A stretch of DNA of 64,000 nucleotides, taken from NCBI GenBank assembly GCA_051362555.1, contig CM120645.1, forward strand, positions 930,001 through 994,000, written 5' to 3'. This document shows, in pieces, positions 39,712 to 54,000 of this stretch (positions within the stretch are counted from its first letter, which is position 1; each line of letters opens with the position of its first letter). This stretch comes from Lingula anatina (taxonomy: Eukaryota; Animalia; Brachiopoda). The notes under the pieces were generated by a model. That model did not search any database. It was not told the origin of the DNA and saw nothing but the letters and a program-made list of their open reading frames with translations. The translations under genes were made by a program, and so were the position numbers.

Positions 39712-40804
39712 TACACTTATAAACACTTCCTCGTTCTCAGAGATCTTCTAAGTAATAAATGTTTAGGTGTTTCACACAGGGAGTGACTAATCGTGCAGTT
39801 GTGGATTCTTTTAAGCTACTATGTTATGGTAAATAAAGGATGAGAAAGATACAGCAACGAGTAAAGATGCGGGCAAATTATTACATCACTTCATTGCAGC
39901 TGACATGAACATTGTTCATATTTTTTAAGCCATTGTTTCTTAAAATTAGGCCATTTCTATTGAGTGGTAGCAACAAAATTAAAAAGCAAAGCGCGCAATA
40001 GTTTTATCCCATTTTGTGAAAGCACCGCAAATGCTGTGTAAAATATAATTTACAATGATTCCATATTTATGTACTTGAGAAAAGACTGATTGATTGATTC
40101 TCCCACTGAACAGATCGAGTCTTAAGCGTGATAGGAACACATCAAACTGGTATGTAAGTTACCAATTGTACGTCCTCAAAAAATAAATAAATAAATAAAT
40201 AAAAATAATAATAATAAAATAAAACTAAAAATAAAAAACGTTTGCAGTTTTCATATTTTTGTATCATTTTCTGGTTTTGTGTCTCACTTATCGGGTTCAG
40301 TGTCTCTATTTTTGGTCTTGGTGTTTCAGTTTTGCCAGTTTTGCTTGGTTTCCATGGAGACGTGGTAACTAAAACTAATAGCCAGTGGTGTAAAGCGGAA
40401 GTGGAATATGGAAAAACTCAACCCTGGCCTTGACCTTAAAAGATAAGCGCAATTCCACACAACCCTACAATATGCCCTTACAATGCCTGTGCAATTTTGA
40501 GCTCATCTTAATTGGTGCACGGATTCTGGGGATGCATTTTACATTTGAGCTTGTAACCAAATGCCGAGGAATTCGGGGCACAAAGAAGACGAATTTTACC
40601 ATCTTATGAAATCGCTCCCCCCCTCCCATCTTAGTGTAACGAACTGGCTATTGTGACGCCGGCATAAGAGGTCAGAGAGTCCCCCGTGGTAGATAGTCCG
40701 CTTATGTATGGGTAAGCCTCCACCTAGATTTTGATCCACTTAGGTCGGGCTAACCCTAACCAAAATAACTAAATTTTCTGTCATTCGAACCCTCCGTTTC
40801 GTTA

Positions 40805-40845
<41 letters not shown>

Positions 40846-41822
40846 TTATTGGGAAGTGGAAGAAATTTCAATCGAACCTAGGTAAACCTTAATGAAGTTG
40901 TTTTAAGCCTTAAAAATGTCCCAGACTTTTGACTAGCACCCCCAAAATTTAAAATTGACAGTTTGTCTGCTCTGCTCGTTAAATTTCATATTTGAACAAA
41001 ATGAATGGATTTCGTCTCCCTACCCTGTTTACAAAGAATAGCCACTCGTTATTAGCAAACTAAACAGTTTTGTCTTTCCTTAGTCTGCTACTTGCATCTT
41101 CCTCCCGAATATAAACTCCCACACAATGGAACCAACGAACACTCCTTACTTTAAAGTATGAAATTCGGCCATATTAACACTCTTTTTATTTACTTTACCT
41201 GATAAGTAAGGACAGAATAGATGCATTTTCATAGGTTTGGCATTCACTATCGTCTATTTAGTCACTTTAGCCTTGATTACATTTGAAATGCGTAATACCG
41301 TTTTCGTACGGCGTCTGAGCGGAAGTAGACGGTGGCCGTGCGAAATCGCACAGAATCGTACTGATATAAGGCCATGTAATATAGACATACTCGGCATAGC
41401 CCGTAGCTCCTTACGATTTCAAAAAAAAAGAAAAAAAAAATCGCACGGACAATTTCATCGCACGGCGCCCGTGTAAGTGTAATCTAGGCATTAGTTATAA
41501 ACATGCAGGACATCACTCAAGGACACCTAACTTTTGGCACATTTGTGAAATAAGATTTTGAAAGTAGGGCGGTTTAAGCAAACAAAATCAATTATATAAT
41601 ACATTGCATTTTTATGCCAAAGCGTCACGGAATGTTTAATGTCCTACATCTAGCTGAGTTTACCAAATTTTTATTGCTTGGTTCAATATACAAATACATC
41701 GTAGCCCGTTTTTAATTTTAAATTCTGATACCACCCGCATTTACTTTTTTTGCAATATTGTTGCCGTTCGATTATGATTCTAATGTAAATTCAGTATGTG
41801 TGTGCCGTATTACGACATACAT

Positions 41823-44407
41823 TCAAAGATCTAATTTATATCCGAGGAAGCTTGCCTCTTCTTTGTAAATATCCCAGACCTTTTTCAGCAGTTTTCTGTC
41901 TATCCCGCTATAATATTTTTGTATGAGAGTCTCGTTGCGGTAGGACTCGATCGCGCGATGAGATGACGGGAATTGTGCTATCAAGTGTTCGGCGCCAAGT
42001 AGACGCATGACATTAGGCGCGTCGGTGGTAAGATCTTCATGATGAACGATGACGTCATATTGAACGTCACAGGGTTTGCAAAAGTCCTCGACCAAAGCCC
42101 AGTGGCTATTGTTTGGTCCATTGTCTGCTATATACTGGAGGAAATCCGAAAAGGAAATATGTTTTTGCAAAGTAATGTTCCTCTTATATTGCTGGTTCAT
42201 ATAAGTTTTCACGCTAGGACCTAAAAACCGAAACAAAACCTGTTCCTTGTACGCCGACACGAGTCTCTCTAGTGGGTGTCGCACCACTAAGACCTTCAGA
42301 TAACTTGCTAAGCGCATGCTGTTGTTCTTGTAGTCATTAGAATATAACTGTGTATAGTATTCTTTTCCGGCCTTGAAGACAACAGTTGAAGGATCCTGAC
42401 GGCCGGAAAGAATTTGATACACATTTCTCCAATTACGACTTGCGGCTTTCAACATAGTGCACAAAATTAGTTTATGTTTGTCATCCACTATAATCCATTT
42501 TGATTTCTTCAAATATTTGATCGGAGTAGTTTTGCGGGTGCTGCATCTGTCTTGTAACCTTTGTTTTCGCCTGATCATGGAAGACACCCAATTATGAGGT
42601 ACCTTGTCCCAACCGAACGACTGAAAAATGTGTTTCAAAAAGTTCTCAGAGCTTTTAAAACGTTTTGTGCAGAAGATAACGCCAATAAAAGAATAAGGTT
42701 AACAAAAAAGATAAGGTCAATAAAAAGATGTGGTCAACAAAAGTAATGTCAGCAAAAAAGTTGTGAGTAATGAACCTTTACAAGTCAAAATTGTAATTTG
42801 CCTAGCAATTCCAACCATTTCCCCTTGAGGGTAAAATAAACCATATCCAAACCATTTCAAAGAGCTACGTTTTTCAAGGTCTTAGGAATAAAATTCCTTA
42901 GGGGAGGAGCACAGGTAAGTCTTAACTCCCAAGAAGGTTGGGTTGAGAGGGATGGGATGAGAACCATTGAGAGGGATGGACAACAACATGTACATACAAA
43001 CACATGGGCAAGATTGCCTGGGTAAGGGCGCCCGAGGGAAACCACACCGAGAGAAAAGAGAATGTCAATACGCCTTCCTCTTAGAAAACGACATTTTGGA
43101 ACTTGACTGCAACATCCACAAGAACAGGGCACACCGTGTTTCTGAGTTAACCGTCAGAAGACGTCTGCACAGTCGACGTTATTTTGGCAGGATTTGCGTT
43201 AGGAGACCAGTGATCACTGCCAGAAACCATCTACGTCGAGTCAGATGGTATACTGGAATGCATGAACACCAGCCAATAACTGGGGATTGATACGGTTCTT
43301 AAGGGATTCTTAGGGGCCATGATCACCCATTAGTTTCAATATGATAATGCAACTTCACGTACTAACTGGCAGCCTGTTTATATGTCTGTCTGTCTGTCTG
43401 TTTAAATGAATGGATGAATAACGACTAAATTTATTCCAATGTAATGTTGGTAATTAAAATGAGTAAAGAGCGGGGAGTGTTCTGTACAATTGGTTGACAT
43501 GCTGTCATAATGTGCGATGCTTCAATAACAGCCAAGTTTAACGTAAACGCAGATAGAACGCAGATAGAATGGAATACACAGAGAGAAATGGATAGAAGGG
43601 AACACTGGAAAGCAGTATATAAATAATATGAAAAAACATAAAGTTCTTGTGGGGTTTACCTCTAGTTTCTACAGTAGTTCTAATTCAATACCATATTAAG
43701 GTAAACCCTTATTGTCTAATAAACGTTAAACTACATGTAAATACCTCCCAGATCCGTTTATCTATGGAGTCGTGTTCTTCACTTTTTTGGGGCAAATTGT
43801 TACTGGTTCGGAGAGAAGTGCCACTGCCATATGTTACTTCCTTTTCTCGATGAATTGAAATGGGTTTGTAAATTCCTGTAAGATTCGTACCCATAAAAGC
43901 TTTGTCGTCTTAGTGTCTTTATAAATGCCACTATGAAATCAATATCAATACCTTACAATGCTGGTGAAAACTATAATGGAATATGATCGGTGGTACATGT
44001 ACATGCATCGACTGTTACGAATTGCACTAGTTCAAGAAATATAGCTAAAATAACTAGGCATCCAATCGTCAATTGCCTGATAGGATGGCCTAATTTACTG
44101 TAAAAAGTTTTGTCAAAACATTTGCGTTTAACTTCATTAAGTTTGATGTTTAATAATTTGATTATTGCTAAAAACAAACACTTTTCAAACACATGTATTT
44201 CTAATTTTTCTGTATTCTAGAACTTTTATAATTCCACGAATCAGCCCTATTTATGTTGCAAAGATGGTTGTTTTTATAAATTAAAATTTTGTAATATTTT
44301 ACAAAAATTAAGAGTTAAAGATAATAGTTACCTGTAAAAAAGAGCCGCGCCAACAGCGTTAATACGCAGGCGGTCGTGGTGGTGAGGAAGATCGCTTTCT
44401 TTTTCAT
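41823..44407 (-). CDS. Carbohydrate sulfotransferase copy 4
   Basis: Exons 44407-44332, 43875-43745, 42620-41823; intron 2 enlarged by an insertion. Confidence 0.9.
42967..43290 (+). mobile_element. Tc1/mariner transposase relic (N-terminal HTH region) within intron 2 of copy 4
   Basis: VSELTVRRRLHSRRYFGRICVRRPVITARNHLRRVRW resembles the Tc1 VS..TVRRRL...KP.L.....RL.W segment. It lies in a ~0.7-kb stretch absent from the sister copies. Confidence 0.7.
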
Positions 44408-45736
44408 TACACTTGTAACCACTTCCTCGTTCAAGAGATCTAGGTAAAATATATTTAGGTGTTTCACGTAGGGAGTGACTACTCGTGCAGATGTCAATTC
44501 TCTTTAGTTGCTATTTCATGGTAAATAAAGGATGAGAATGATACAGCAACGAGTAAAGATGCGGGCAAATTATTACTTCACTTTATCGCAGCTTACATGA
44601 AAATTGTGCGTCTTTTTTAAGCCATTGTTTCTTAAAATTAGGCCACTCCTATTTTAAAGTGGTAGCAACATAATTGAAAAACAAAGGGCCCGATAGTTTT
44701 ATTCCATTTAGTAAAAGCACCACAAATGTTATTTAAAATATAATTTACAATGATTTCATATGGAGTCACTAGCGTGATAGGAACACATCAAACTGATACA
44801 GGCTGACATGCACGTGTTCAATTAAATACGTCCCCCAAAAAAGAAAAATAAAGAACGTTTGCAGTTTTCATTAAATATCATTTTTGAAAATAAATAAAAA
44901 AATAGATATCGTCTGCCTACCCTATTTACAAAGAATAGCCACTCGTTATTAGCAAACTAAACAGTTTTGTCTTTCCTTAGCCTGCTACTTGCGTCTTCCT
45001 CCCGAATATAAACTCCCACACAGTGGTACCAACGTCAATTGCCTGATAGGATGGCCTAATTTACTGTAAAAAGTTTGTGGTCAAAATAGTTACGTGTAGA
45101 TCGCTTTGAGGAAATCCAACGCTGACAACAATAACCAGTTTCAATCATTTAATGGTCACTCGTCGCTTGCTCAGGTACATTCAGACGATATGTTGAATAT
45201 TACACCCTACAGTAACTAAAAGAAGACAATGGCTTCATGAACTTCCTAATCAATGGCTTCATAATCAGAATGGCCTTTTAAGACTTTACCTAACGTATTA
45301 TGAGGAGTTACAGCCTACAGTAAAAAGTTTTTACGTGAAGTTACCAAAATTGCCTGTGAATTTCAATAATAATTTCAACGCATGGCGCCCGTGTAAACGT
45401 AATCTAGGCTTTAGTTATAAACATGCAGGACATCACTGAAAGACACGTAACTTTTGGCACATTTGTAAAATTAGATTTTGAAAGAAGGGCGGTTTAAGCA
45501 AACAAAATCAATACTATAATACATAGCATTTTTATGTTATAGCGTCACGGAATGTTTACTGTACATCTAGCTGAGTTTACCAAATTTTTATTGCTTGATT
45601 CAATGTACAAATACATCGTATCCCGTTTTTAATTTAAAATTCTGATACCCTCCGCATTAACTTTGTTTTGCAATGTCTTTAATATTGTCGCCTTTCGATC
45701 ATGATTCTAATCTAAATTCAGCATGTATGTGCCGCA

Positions 45737-47515
45737 TTATGATATACGTTCAAAGATATATCCGAGGAAGCTCGCCTCTTCTTTGTAAATATCCCAGACC
45801 TTTTTAAGTAGTTTTCTATCTATCCCGCTATAGTACTTATCTATTAGAGTTTGGTTGTGGTAGAACTCAATCTCGCGGTGAGATGACGGGAATTGTGCTA
45901 TCAAGTGTTCAGCGCCAAGTAGACGCATGACATTAGGCGCGTCGATCGTAAGATCTTCATGATGAACGATGACGTCATACTGAACGTCACAGGGTTTGCA
46001 AAAATCCTCGACCAAAGCCCAGTGGGTATTGTTTGGTCCGTTGTCTGCTATATACTGCAGGAAATCCGAAAAGGAAATATGTTTTTGCAAAGTAATGTTC
46101 CTCTTATATTGCTGGTTCATATAAGTTTTCACTCTGGGACCTATATGCCTAAACAAAACTTGCTCCTTGTACGCCGACACGAGTCTCTCTAGTGGGTGTC
46201 GCACCACTAAGACCTTCAGATAATTTGCTAAGCGCATGCTGTTGTTCTTGTTGTCATTAGAATATAACCGTTTAAAGTATTTCTTTGTGCCCTTGAAGAC
46301 AACAGTGGCAGGATCCTGACGGCCGGAAAGAATCTGATACACATTTCTCCAATTACGACTTGCCGCTTTGAACATAGTGCACAATATTAGTTTATATTTG
46401 TCCTCCACTACAATCCATCTTGGTTTCTTTAAATAGTTGAACGGAGCAGTTTTGCGGGCGCTGCATCGGTCTTGTAACCTTTGTTTTCGCCTGATTATAG
46501 AAGATACCCAATTCTGAGGTACCTTGTCCCAACCGAATGACTGAAAATGTGTGTTCAAAAAGTACTCTTAACGTTTTAAACGTTTTGTGCAAAAATATAA
46601 CGCCAATAAAAAAAGAAGGACAACAAAAACACAAGATCAACAGAAAGATGTAGTCAACATAAGTAACGTCAGCAAAAAGCTGTAAGTATTGAACAAATAA
46701 AATTTGTAATTTGCTTGGCAATTTCAACCCTGAGAATGCCGCGGGGGATTGAATGCAGTAGAAAAAGAGGGAAGGCAACTGGAAAGCAGTAAATATACTA
46801 GAGGTTCAGAGAGGCGATACTGCCTCCAAGTATTGTACCACCAGCTGGGTCAAGCGAATTCACGAGAAAACAAAAAAGGGGACACCACCCCCAGTGTTGT
46901 ACTTGACAAACTCTACAAAATGTAGTTAACAAGAGTTCTCGAATTTTTTTGTTGAAAACTACAATTTATAACAAAATCATGGGGAAACGTAAAAGGTCAA
47001 TTCTAAATTTGTGAATGTGATGTTCAGTTCATAGTGAAAATAAGCTCAAAGGTCAATTTCAAGGTCACATTTAGATTGCCAGTATATACATGTATCTTCC
47101 TATTCAAGTTCAATAATAACTATGGGCGTATCTCTGCCAGTTTTGGAGATATAAGGGATAGAAAAGCTGCAAAAGTTAGTTCATGTTGTAAAGTAGGCCA
47201 AAGGTCAATTTTAAGGTCACAGTTAATTCGCAAGTATATGACTTCCTTTTCAAGTTCAATATTAACTTTGACTATGTCTCTGCCATTTTTGGAGATATAA
47301 GGGACAGAAAAGTTGCATCACATGTTGAAAAGTAGGTCAAAGGTCAATTTCAAGGTCAGAGTAAGATTGCCAGTATATGACTTCCTATTCAACTTCAATA
47401 GTAACTATAGCCATATCTCTGCCAGTTTTGGAGATATAAAGGACTAATATGTTGCAAAGTTAAGTTCATGGTGAAAAGTAGGACAAAGGTCAATTTTAAG
47501 GTCACAGTTAAATGG

Positions 47516-47592
<77 letters not shown>

Positions 47593-49219
47593 CTTCAGTA
47601 GTAACTATCGACCTATCTCTACCAGTTTGGGAGATATAAGGGATTTAAATGTTGCAATTTTGGAGTTACAGTAATGTGCCATAAATTTCGTACAGACGAA
47701 ATTAAAGGTCATTAAAAGGTCATTTTGGTATAATATTATAGGTAAGGTCTGTGTAGTTTCTGAAAATCGGCACAAATAATTTTTTTTTCAAAAAATTCCC
47801 ATTTTATTTTTTTAGAAAATATTGGCACATTTCACCTTGAAATAAAGGTCAAAGGCCAAATTCAGTGGCATATCTTAAGTCTTCACATATGACTTTCGGT
47901 CAGCCATCTACAGAAATTTTTCCCTTTATTCCTTCGGTTTGGTAGATATTTAGTATTTAATTTTGCCAATTTTGGATAAAGGTGCATTGCGGCGAGCGCC
48001 ACACCTAGACCACTTTCGGTCAGCCATCTACAGAAATTTTTCCCTTTATTCCTTCGGTTTGGTAGATATTTAGAATTTAATTTTGCCAATTTTGGATAAA
48101 GGTGCATTGCGGCGAGCGCCACACCTAGACCCAAATACCGACAAAGCCCAAAACTCACATGGATCAAGTTGAGATTATATTGACGTACACGAGATGGATA
48201 CAGAGGCTCTTGTAGTGTAGGAGGAGAAGCGGTAGTACGCGATGGTGGTACAATAATATGAAAGAACAGAAAGGTCTTGTGGTTTCTGTAAGAACTATAG
48301 TACTTGTAAGTCAGTATCATGGTAAAGTAAACAATGAATGCACAATAAACGTTAACTAAATACCTCCCAGATCCGTTTATCTATGGCGTCGTGTTCTTTA
48401 CTGAGTTTGGGCAAGTTGTCAATCGTTCGGAGAGAAGTGCCACTGCCATTTATTACTTCCTTTTTTCGATTAATTAACATGGGTTTGTTAATTCCTGCAA
48501 GATACGTATCTCATAAAAGATTTGTCGTCTTAGTGTCTTTTTAAGTGCCACTGCTAACTCAATTTTCGTCAAAAAAAAAAAAAATAATAAAAAAATAAAA
48601 ATAAAAATAAAAAAAAATAGAACTCCGTCATTGTGTTTAAATACTATCAATTGGCATGGGTTTAAAAATTCCTGCAAGAGTCCCATCTCATAAAAGCTTT
48701 GTCGTCTTGGTGACTTTATAAATGCCACTATAAACTTAATTTTCGACAAAATTTTTCCGTCAAAAGATTAAAATGCTGATGAAAAGAATAAGGGAATAAG
48801 GTCGTTGCTACATGCTTCGTAGGTTACCAATCACACTAAAGCTCAAAAGAAAAAAAAAACTCTGCTATAATTACTTGGAATACAACCGTCGATTGCCTGA
48901 TAAGTTGGCCTAGCTCATGGTGAAAAGTTATGTCAAAACACTTACGTTTAACTTCCTGAAATTTGATGTTTAATAACTTGATTATTGCTAAAATCAAACA
49001 CTTTTCAAACACATGCATTTCTAATATTTCTGTATTCCAGTATTTTTATAATTCCATGAAACAGCCCTGTTTATATCGCAAGAAGGGTTATCTTTATAAA
49101 TTAAATTTTTTTACAATAAATAAGCGTTAAATATTAAAGTTACCTGTAAAATAGCCCAGCGACAACAGCGTTAATACACAGGCTGTCGTGGTGGTGAGGA
49201 AGATCGCTTTCTTTTTCAT
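45737..49219 (-). CDS. Carbohydrate sulfotransferase copy 5 (altered C-terminus YIFERIS)
   Basis: Exons 49219-49144, 48494-48364, 46540-45737. Confidence 0.88.
46796..48250. mobile_element. Helentron/HINE-like insertion in intron 2 of copy 5
   Basis: Absent from sister copies. Terminal hairpin gaggcgatactgcctc, degenerate ~125-150-bp repeats with aaggtcaatttcaaggtca, (TA)n at 47518-47587, and a near-perfect 120-bp tandem duplication at 47892-48131. Confidence 0.55.
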
Positions 49220-49555
49220 AACTAGTACACTTCCAACGCTATTCTCGCTCAGGAGATATTTCAGGTAATGTATGTCGATGTGTTTCGCACATGGAATGAC
49301 AGCCCATGCAGTTGTAAATTCTCTTGAGTTGCTATTTCATGTTAAATAAAGAATGAGAATAGTACCTTAACTAGTAAAAGGCGTGGGCTAATTTCCATGT
49401 CAATTTATCGGATCTGTCATGCGGTAACGCCACAGTATCATGTAATTTGGAGGTGTCTATACTCTATGTATATACTTTACCTGATTAGTAAGGACGGAAT
49501 AGATTAATTTTCATAGGTGTGGCATTCGCGATCGTCGTTTAGTCGTGCAGTTGTA

Positions 49556-50720
49556 ATGCCCCTATTTCTTATGCAAGGCTGACACTTGCACGACTTTTGG
49601 CCCCGATTTTGTCGTGGCAAGTCGTGCCATTTTGGGACACGAAGTGGGAGGCTCTCGCACTGTTCCCTACTAGTTCACGCATAGATTACGACGAGTTCAC
49701 GACGAGCTAACGAATAGTTTACGAATGCGTGTCCACATTGACACGAACTGGCATGACAAGTTCACGCATAGTTTGCACATAGTTTACGCACTTCCCGCAT
49801 TGGCACGACGAGTTTGCGCAATTCGGATGGTGTCGTGCCGACTTGGGCACGCAATATACGTGAGCTGTTCGTGAACTATTCGTGGGAGTTCGTAACAGTC
49901 GTAGCATGGCGCGCACTGCGTGGGATTCGTGGTCTGTAAGTCCCCTATTTCACACAGACCACGAATCCCACGAATCGCCAGGAATTGACAAATTTTAGGA
50001 TTCGTGAGGATTCGTGAGATTTTGCCAATTTTCTGGTCTTATTCGACACGCTCACGATTCACTTACGATACAGGTACGATAATGTTACGAATATTCGTGG
50101 GATTCGGCTGGAATCGTGAGATTTTGCCAATTTTCTGGTCTAATTCGACACGCTCTACGATTCAGTTACGATACAAGTGCGATAGTGTTACGAATATTCG
50201 TGGGATTCGGCTGGAATCGCACGAATATTGTCCAGAAATTCACTACGATTTTTTGGAATCGGGAGTTCGTGGCCAAAACTATGAACAGCTCAAAATTTTT
50301 GCCACGATTTCCCGATTGATCAAGAATTGCAAGAACTAACTACGATTATATACGAATCTGTTAATTAAGAACTTCACGAACTGATTACGATTCAACCAAA
50401 TTTTCAATTCCTGGCGATTCGTGGGATGCGTGGTCTGTGTGAAATAGGGGCATCAAAGTTTTTGCCACCCATTCCTGTTGGTCAAGAAGTGCAAGAACTG
50501 ACTAGGAATATATACGAATCTATTAAGAACTTCACGAACTGATTACGATTCAACCACGAATCGTGAAATTTGTCAATTCATGGCCATTCGTGGGATTCGT
50601 GGTCTGTGTGAAATAGGGGCATTAAGTACTTCACGAACTGATAACGATTCAACCACGAATCCTGAAATTTGTCAATTCATGGCGATTCGTGGGATCCGTG
50701 GTCTGTGTAATAGGGGCATA
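49556..50720. mobile_element. Non-autonomous TIR DNA element(s), Harbinger-like, with reiterated right end
   Basis: Left ends tgcccctattt (49557) and cccctatttcacacagaccacgaatcccacgaa (~49942). The inverted right end cgtggtctgtgtgaaataggggcat occurs three times (~50453, 50622, 50719). CpG-rich relative to the flanks. Confidence 0.65.
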
Positions 50721-51028
50721 AACATGTAGGATCTCACTAAAAGACACCTGACTTTTGCCGCATTTGTAAAATCAGATTTTGAAAGTAGGGCGGTTTAAGC
50801 AAGTAAAATAAACATTTTACATAAAATACATATCATTTTAATGTTATAGCGTCACGGAATGTTTAATGTGCATCTAGCTGAGTTTACCAAATTTTTATTG
50901 CTTGGTGCAATATACAAATAGCCCGTTTTTAATTTGAAACTCTGATACCACCCCCAGTAGCGTTCTTGCAATGTCTGTAATATTATCGCCTTTAGATCAT
51001 GATTCTATGTGCCGTATAAAGACAACAC

Positions 51029-54000
51029 TCAAAGATCTAATTTATATCCGAGGAAGCTTGCCTCTTCTTTGTAAATACCCCAGACCTTTTGAAGCAGTTT
51101 TCTATCTATCCCGCTGTAGTATTTTTGTATGAGAGTCTCGTTGTGGTAGACCTCGATCTCTCGATGAGATGACGGGAATTGTGCTATCAAGTGTTCGGCG
51201 CCAAGTAGACGCATGACATTAGGCGCGTCGGTCGAAAGATCTTCATGATGAACGATGACATCATACTGGACGTCACAGGGTTTGCAAAAATCCTCGACCA
51301 AAGCCCAGTGGGCATTGTTTGGTCCATTGTCCGCTATATACTGCAGGAAATCCGAAAAGGAAATATGTTTTTGCAAAGTAATGTTCCTTTTATATTGCTG
51401 GTTCATATAAGTTTGCACTCTGGGACCTAAATGCCTAAACAAAACTTGTTCCTTGTAGGCCGACACAAGTCTCTCTAGTGGGTGTCGCACCACTAAGACC
51501 TTCAGATAATTTGCTAAGCGCATGCTGTTGTTCATGCTGCCGTAGGAATATAACTGTATATAGTATTCCTTTGTGCCCTTGAAGACAACAGTTGAAGGAT
51601 CCTGACGACCGGAAAGAATCTGATACACATTTCTCCAATTACGACTTGCCGCTTTGAACATAGTGCACAATATTAGTTTATATTTGTCATCCACTAAAAT
51701 CCAGTTCAATTTCTTCAAATAGTTGAACGGAGCAGTTTTGCGGGCACTGCATCGGGCTTGTAACCTTTGTTTTCGCCTGATTACGGAAGATACCCAATTC
51801 TGAGATACCTTGTGCCAACCGAATGACTGAAAGATGTGTTTCAAAAAGTTCTCTTAACGTTTTTAAACGTTTTATGCAAAATGGGTCAACAAAAATATAA
51901 CACCAGTAAAAAATAGGGACAAAATAAAAAGGTCAATAAAAAGATAAGGTCAACATGAGTAACGTCAGCAAAAAAGCTGTGAATATTGAACAAGACAAAA
52001 TTGTAATTTGCCTGGCAATTTCAACCCTGAGATCGCCGCGGAAGATTGATTGGAGTAGACAGCGAGAAAAAGAGAGAAGGCAATTGGAAATCAGTAAATA
52101 AATAATATGAAAGAACAGAAAGGTCTTGTGATTTCTACCTCACTTAAGAACTATAGTACTTGTAAGTCAGTATCTTGGTAAGGTAAACAATGACTGCACA
52201 AAAAACGTTAAACTAAATACCTCCCAGATCCCTTTATCTATGGCGTCGTGTTCTTTACTGAGTTTGGGCAAGTTGTTAGTGGTTCGAAGAGAAGCGCCTC
52301 TGCCATTTATTGCTCCCTTTTCTCGATCAATTGGCATGGGTTTGTAAATTCCTGCAAGATTCGTACCCATTAAATCTTTGTCGTCTTGGTGTCTTCATAA
52401 CTGCCACTGTAAACTTAATTTTCGTCAAAAATTTTCCGTCAATATCTTAAAATGCCGATAAAAAGTTTCAGGGAATAAGGTCTTTGCTACATGCTTCAAA
52501 AGCTGCGAATCACACCAATGCCCAAAAGAAAATAATTCTAGCTAAAATAACTAGGAATACAATCGTCCTTTGCCTGATAAGATGTCCTTGTTTATGGTGA
52601 AAAGTTATGTCAAAACATTTGCGTTTAACTTCGTGAAATTAGATTTTTAATAATTTGATTATTGCTAAAAACCAACACTTTTTAAACACATGCATTTCTA
52701 ATATACAGACTTGACATTTAATATGGAATATTTCAGTTTCGAAGGTGTGCCTAGGTAGAAAAGCGTTCTTTTTTCAAAATACTAATACCTCATATAAGAT
52801 ATGTGAATGGAGAAGTGTGTAGTCAAGTGTGTCGCTTCCAATTAACTGAATACCAGGTTTGTTACGCTGCTGCATTATGTAATATGAAGTAATTTAATTG
52901 GGTAGTGCTCCTTTGGGCAGGTCAAACCTTGGCTTTGACAAAGCACGGTTCTGTCAAAAAAGTATCCATATGTCAGCAACTACTGCATAGAGGAATTTGA
53001 AATTTTGCATGCAAGTGGTCGGTTTTGCAGTGTGTAAAATGAGCTATGCAGTGCTTTGCAAGTTTGTTAATCTGTGGCAAAATGGCGCGAAAAAGACAGA
53101 CATTGCCAGACAGTTAATTGCGCCAAACGAAACGGTCCGCACAGTTTTATAGAGTAATGCCCAGACTGATGTACCTACATAGAGGCCACACCCAATGTAT
53201 TAAAATCTTACCACCAGAGTACAGGACCCACTGTCTTTCAGGATATGTCGTTGCAACTAAACAAAAACCACCCAGTCCGTTCAGAATGAGGGGTAAATTG
53301 CCACCAAAACGCATTTTTCAAGGCCCTTAGCGAACACCAAACTGGTTTTTGCAGGTTAGAATACCAGACGACCTCCGAGGAACCCACTGTAAACAGCAAA
53401 ACATCGTTGTATGTTTCTCTAATGAATTAGGGACCATGACCGTTTCTGGGTTGAACACTGAAACCTCGTGGCTTTCTTTAGTGAGGTCAGATTTCACCTG
53501 TACCGCTCAACTAGTCAAAACAGAGTTTACAGACATCCAGAAGAGGCCAACGACGAAGTGTGTGCAGCCTCTAAAGTGACTTAGGTAATTAACAGCGTCA
53601 GTATTTGAAGTGGATACCACATTGGTGCCAAAACACCAATGGCAGTCATCGACGAAAACCTGAACCAGATTAAATAAAGGAATAATCTGGGAACCACTTG
53701 ACTATCATTTGATAGGGGGCACCTTAAGAACAATTTTAGGTTGTAGGGTGGGATTGCCGGTTCACACAGAGCACTTTTAATAACATATTACTTAGAGAAC
53801 CAAGGGAATGAACAGCTACCTTGGTCATCAAAACCGCCATATTTGAACCACGTAGACAATATGTGGGTAGACCATTACTCGCCAAATGAATGGCCTACAT
53901 GTCCTACAACAAAACTGGGCCAAATTGAACAGATTTCGACCGATGCCTGGAATGTTATTCCAGATTGAACTCTAAAAACATATCCCAAGGAATGCCTTGC

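Larger units (their letters stand above)
28663..42560. repeat. Tandem segmental duplication, ~3.95-kb unit carrying one sulfotransferase gene each
   Basis: ggtgcacggattctggggatgca recurs near 28664, 32608, 36556 and 40514. ORF-track offsets of exactly 3958 bp (35267/39225, 36284/40242, 37279/41237). Confidence 0.95.

Noticed and set aside
47883-48320. 145-aa minus-strand ORF with internal repeat
   Set aside because: Product of the 120-bp tandem duplication within a repeat insertion; no protein family features.
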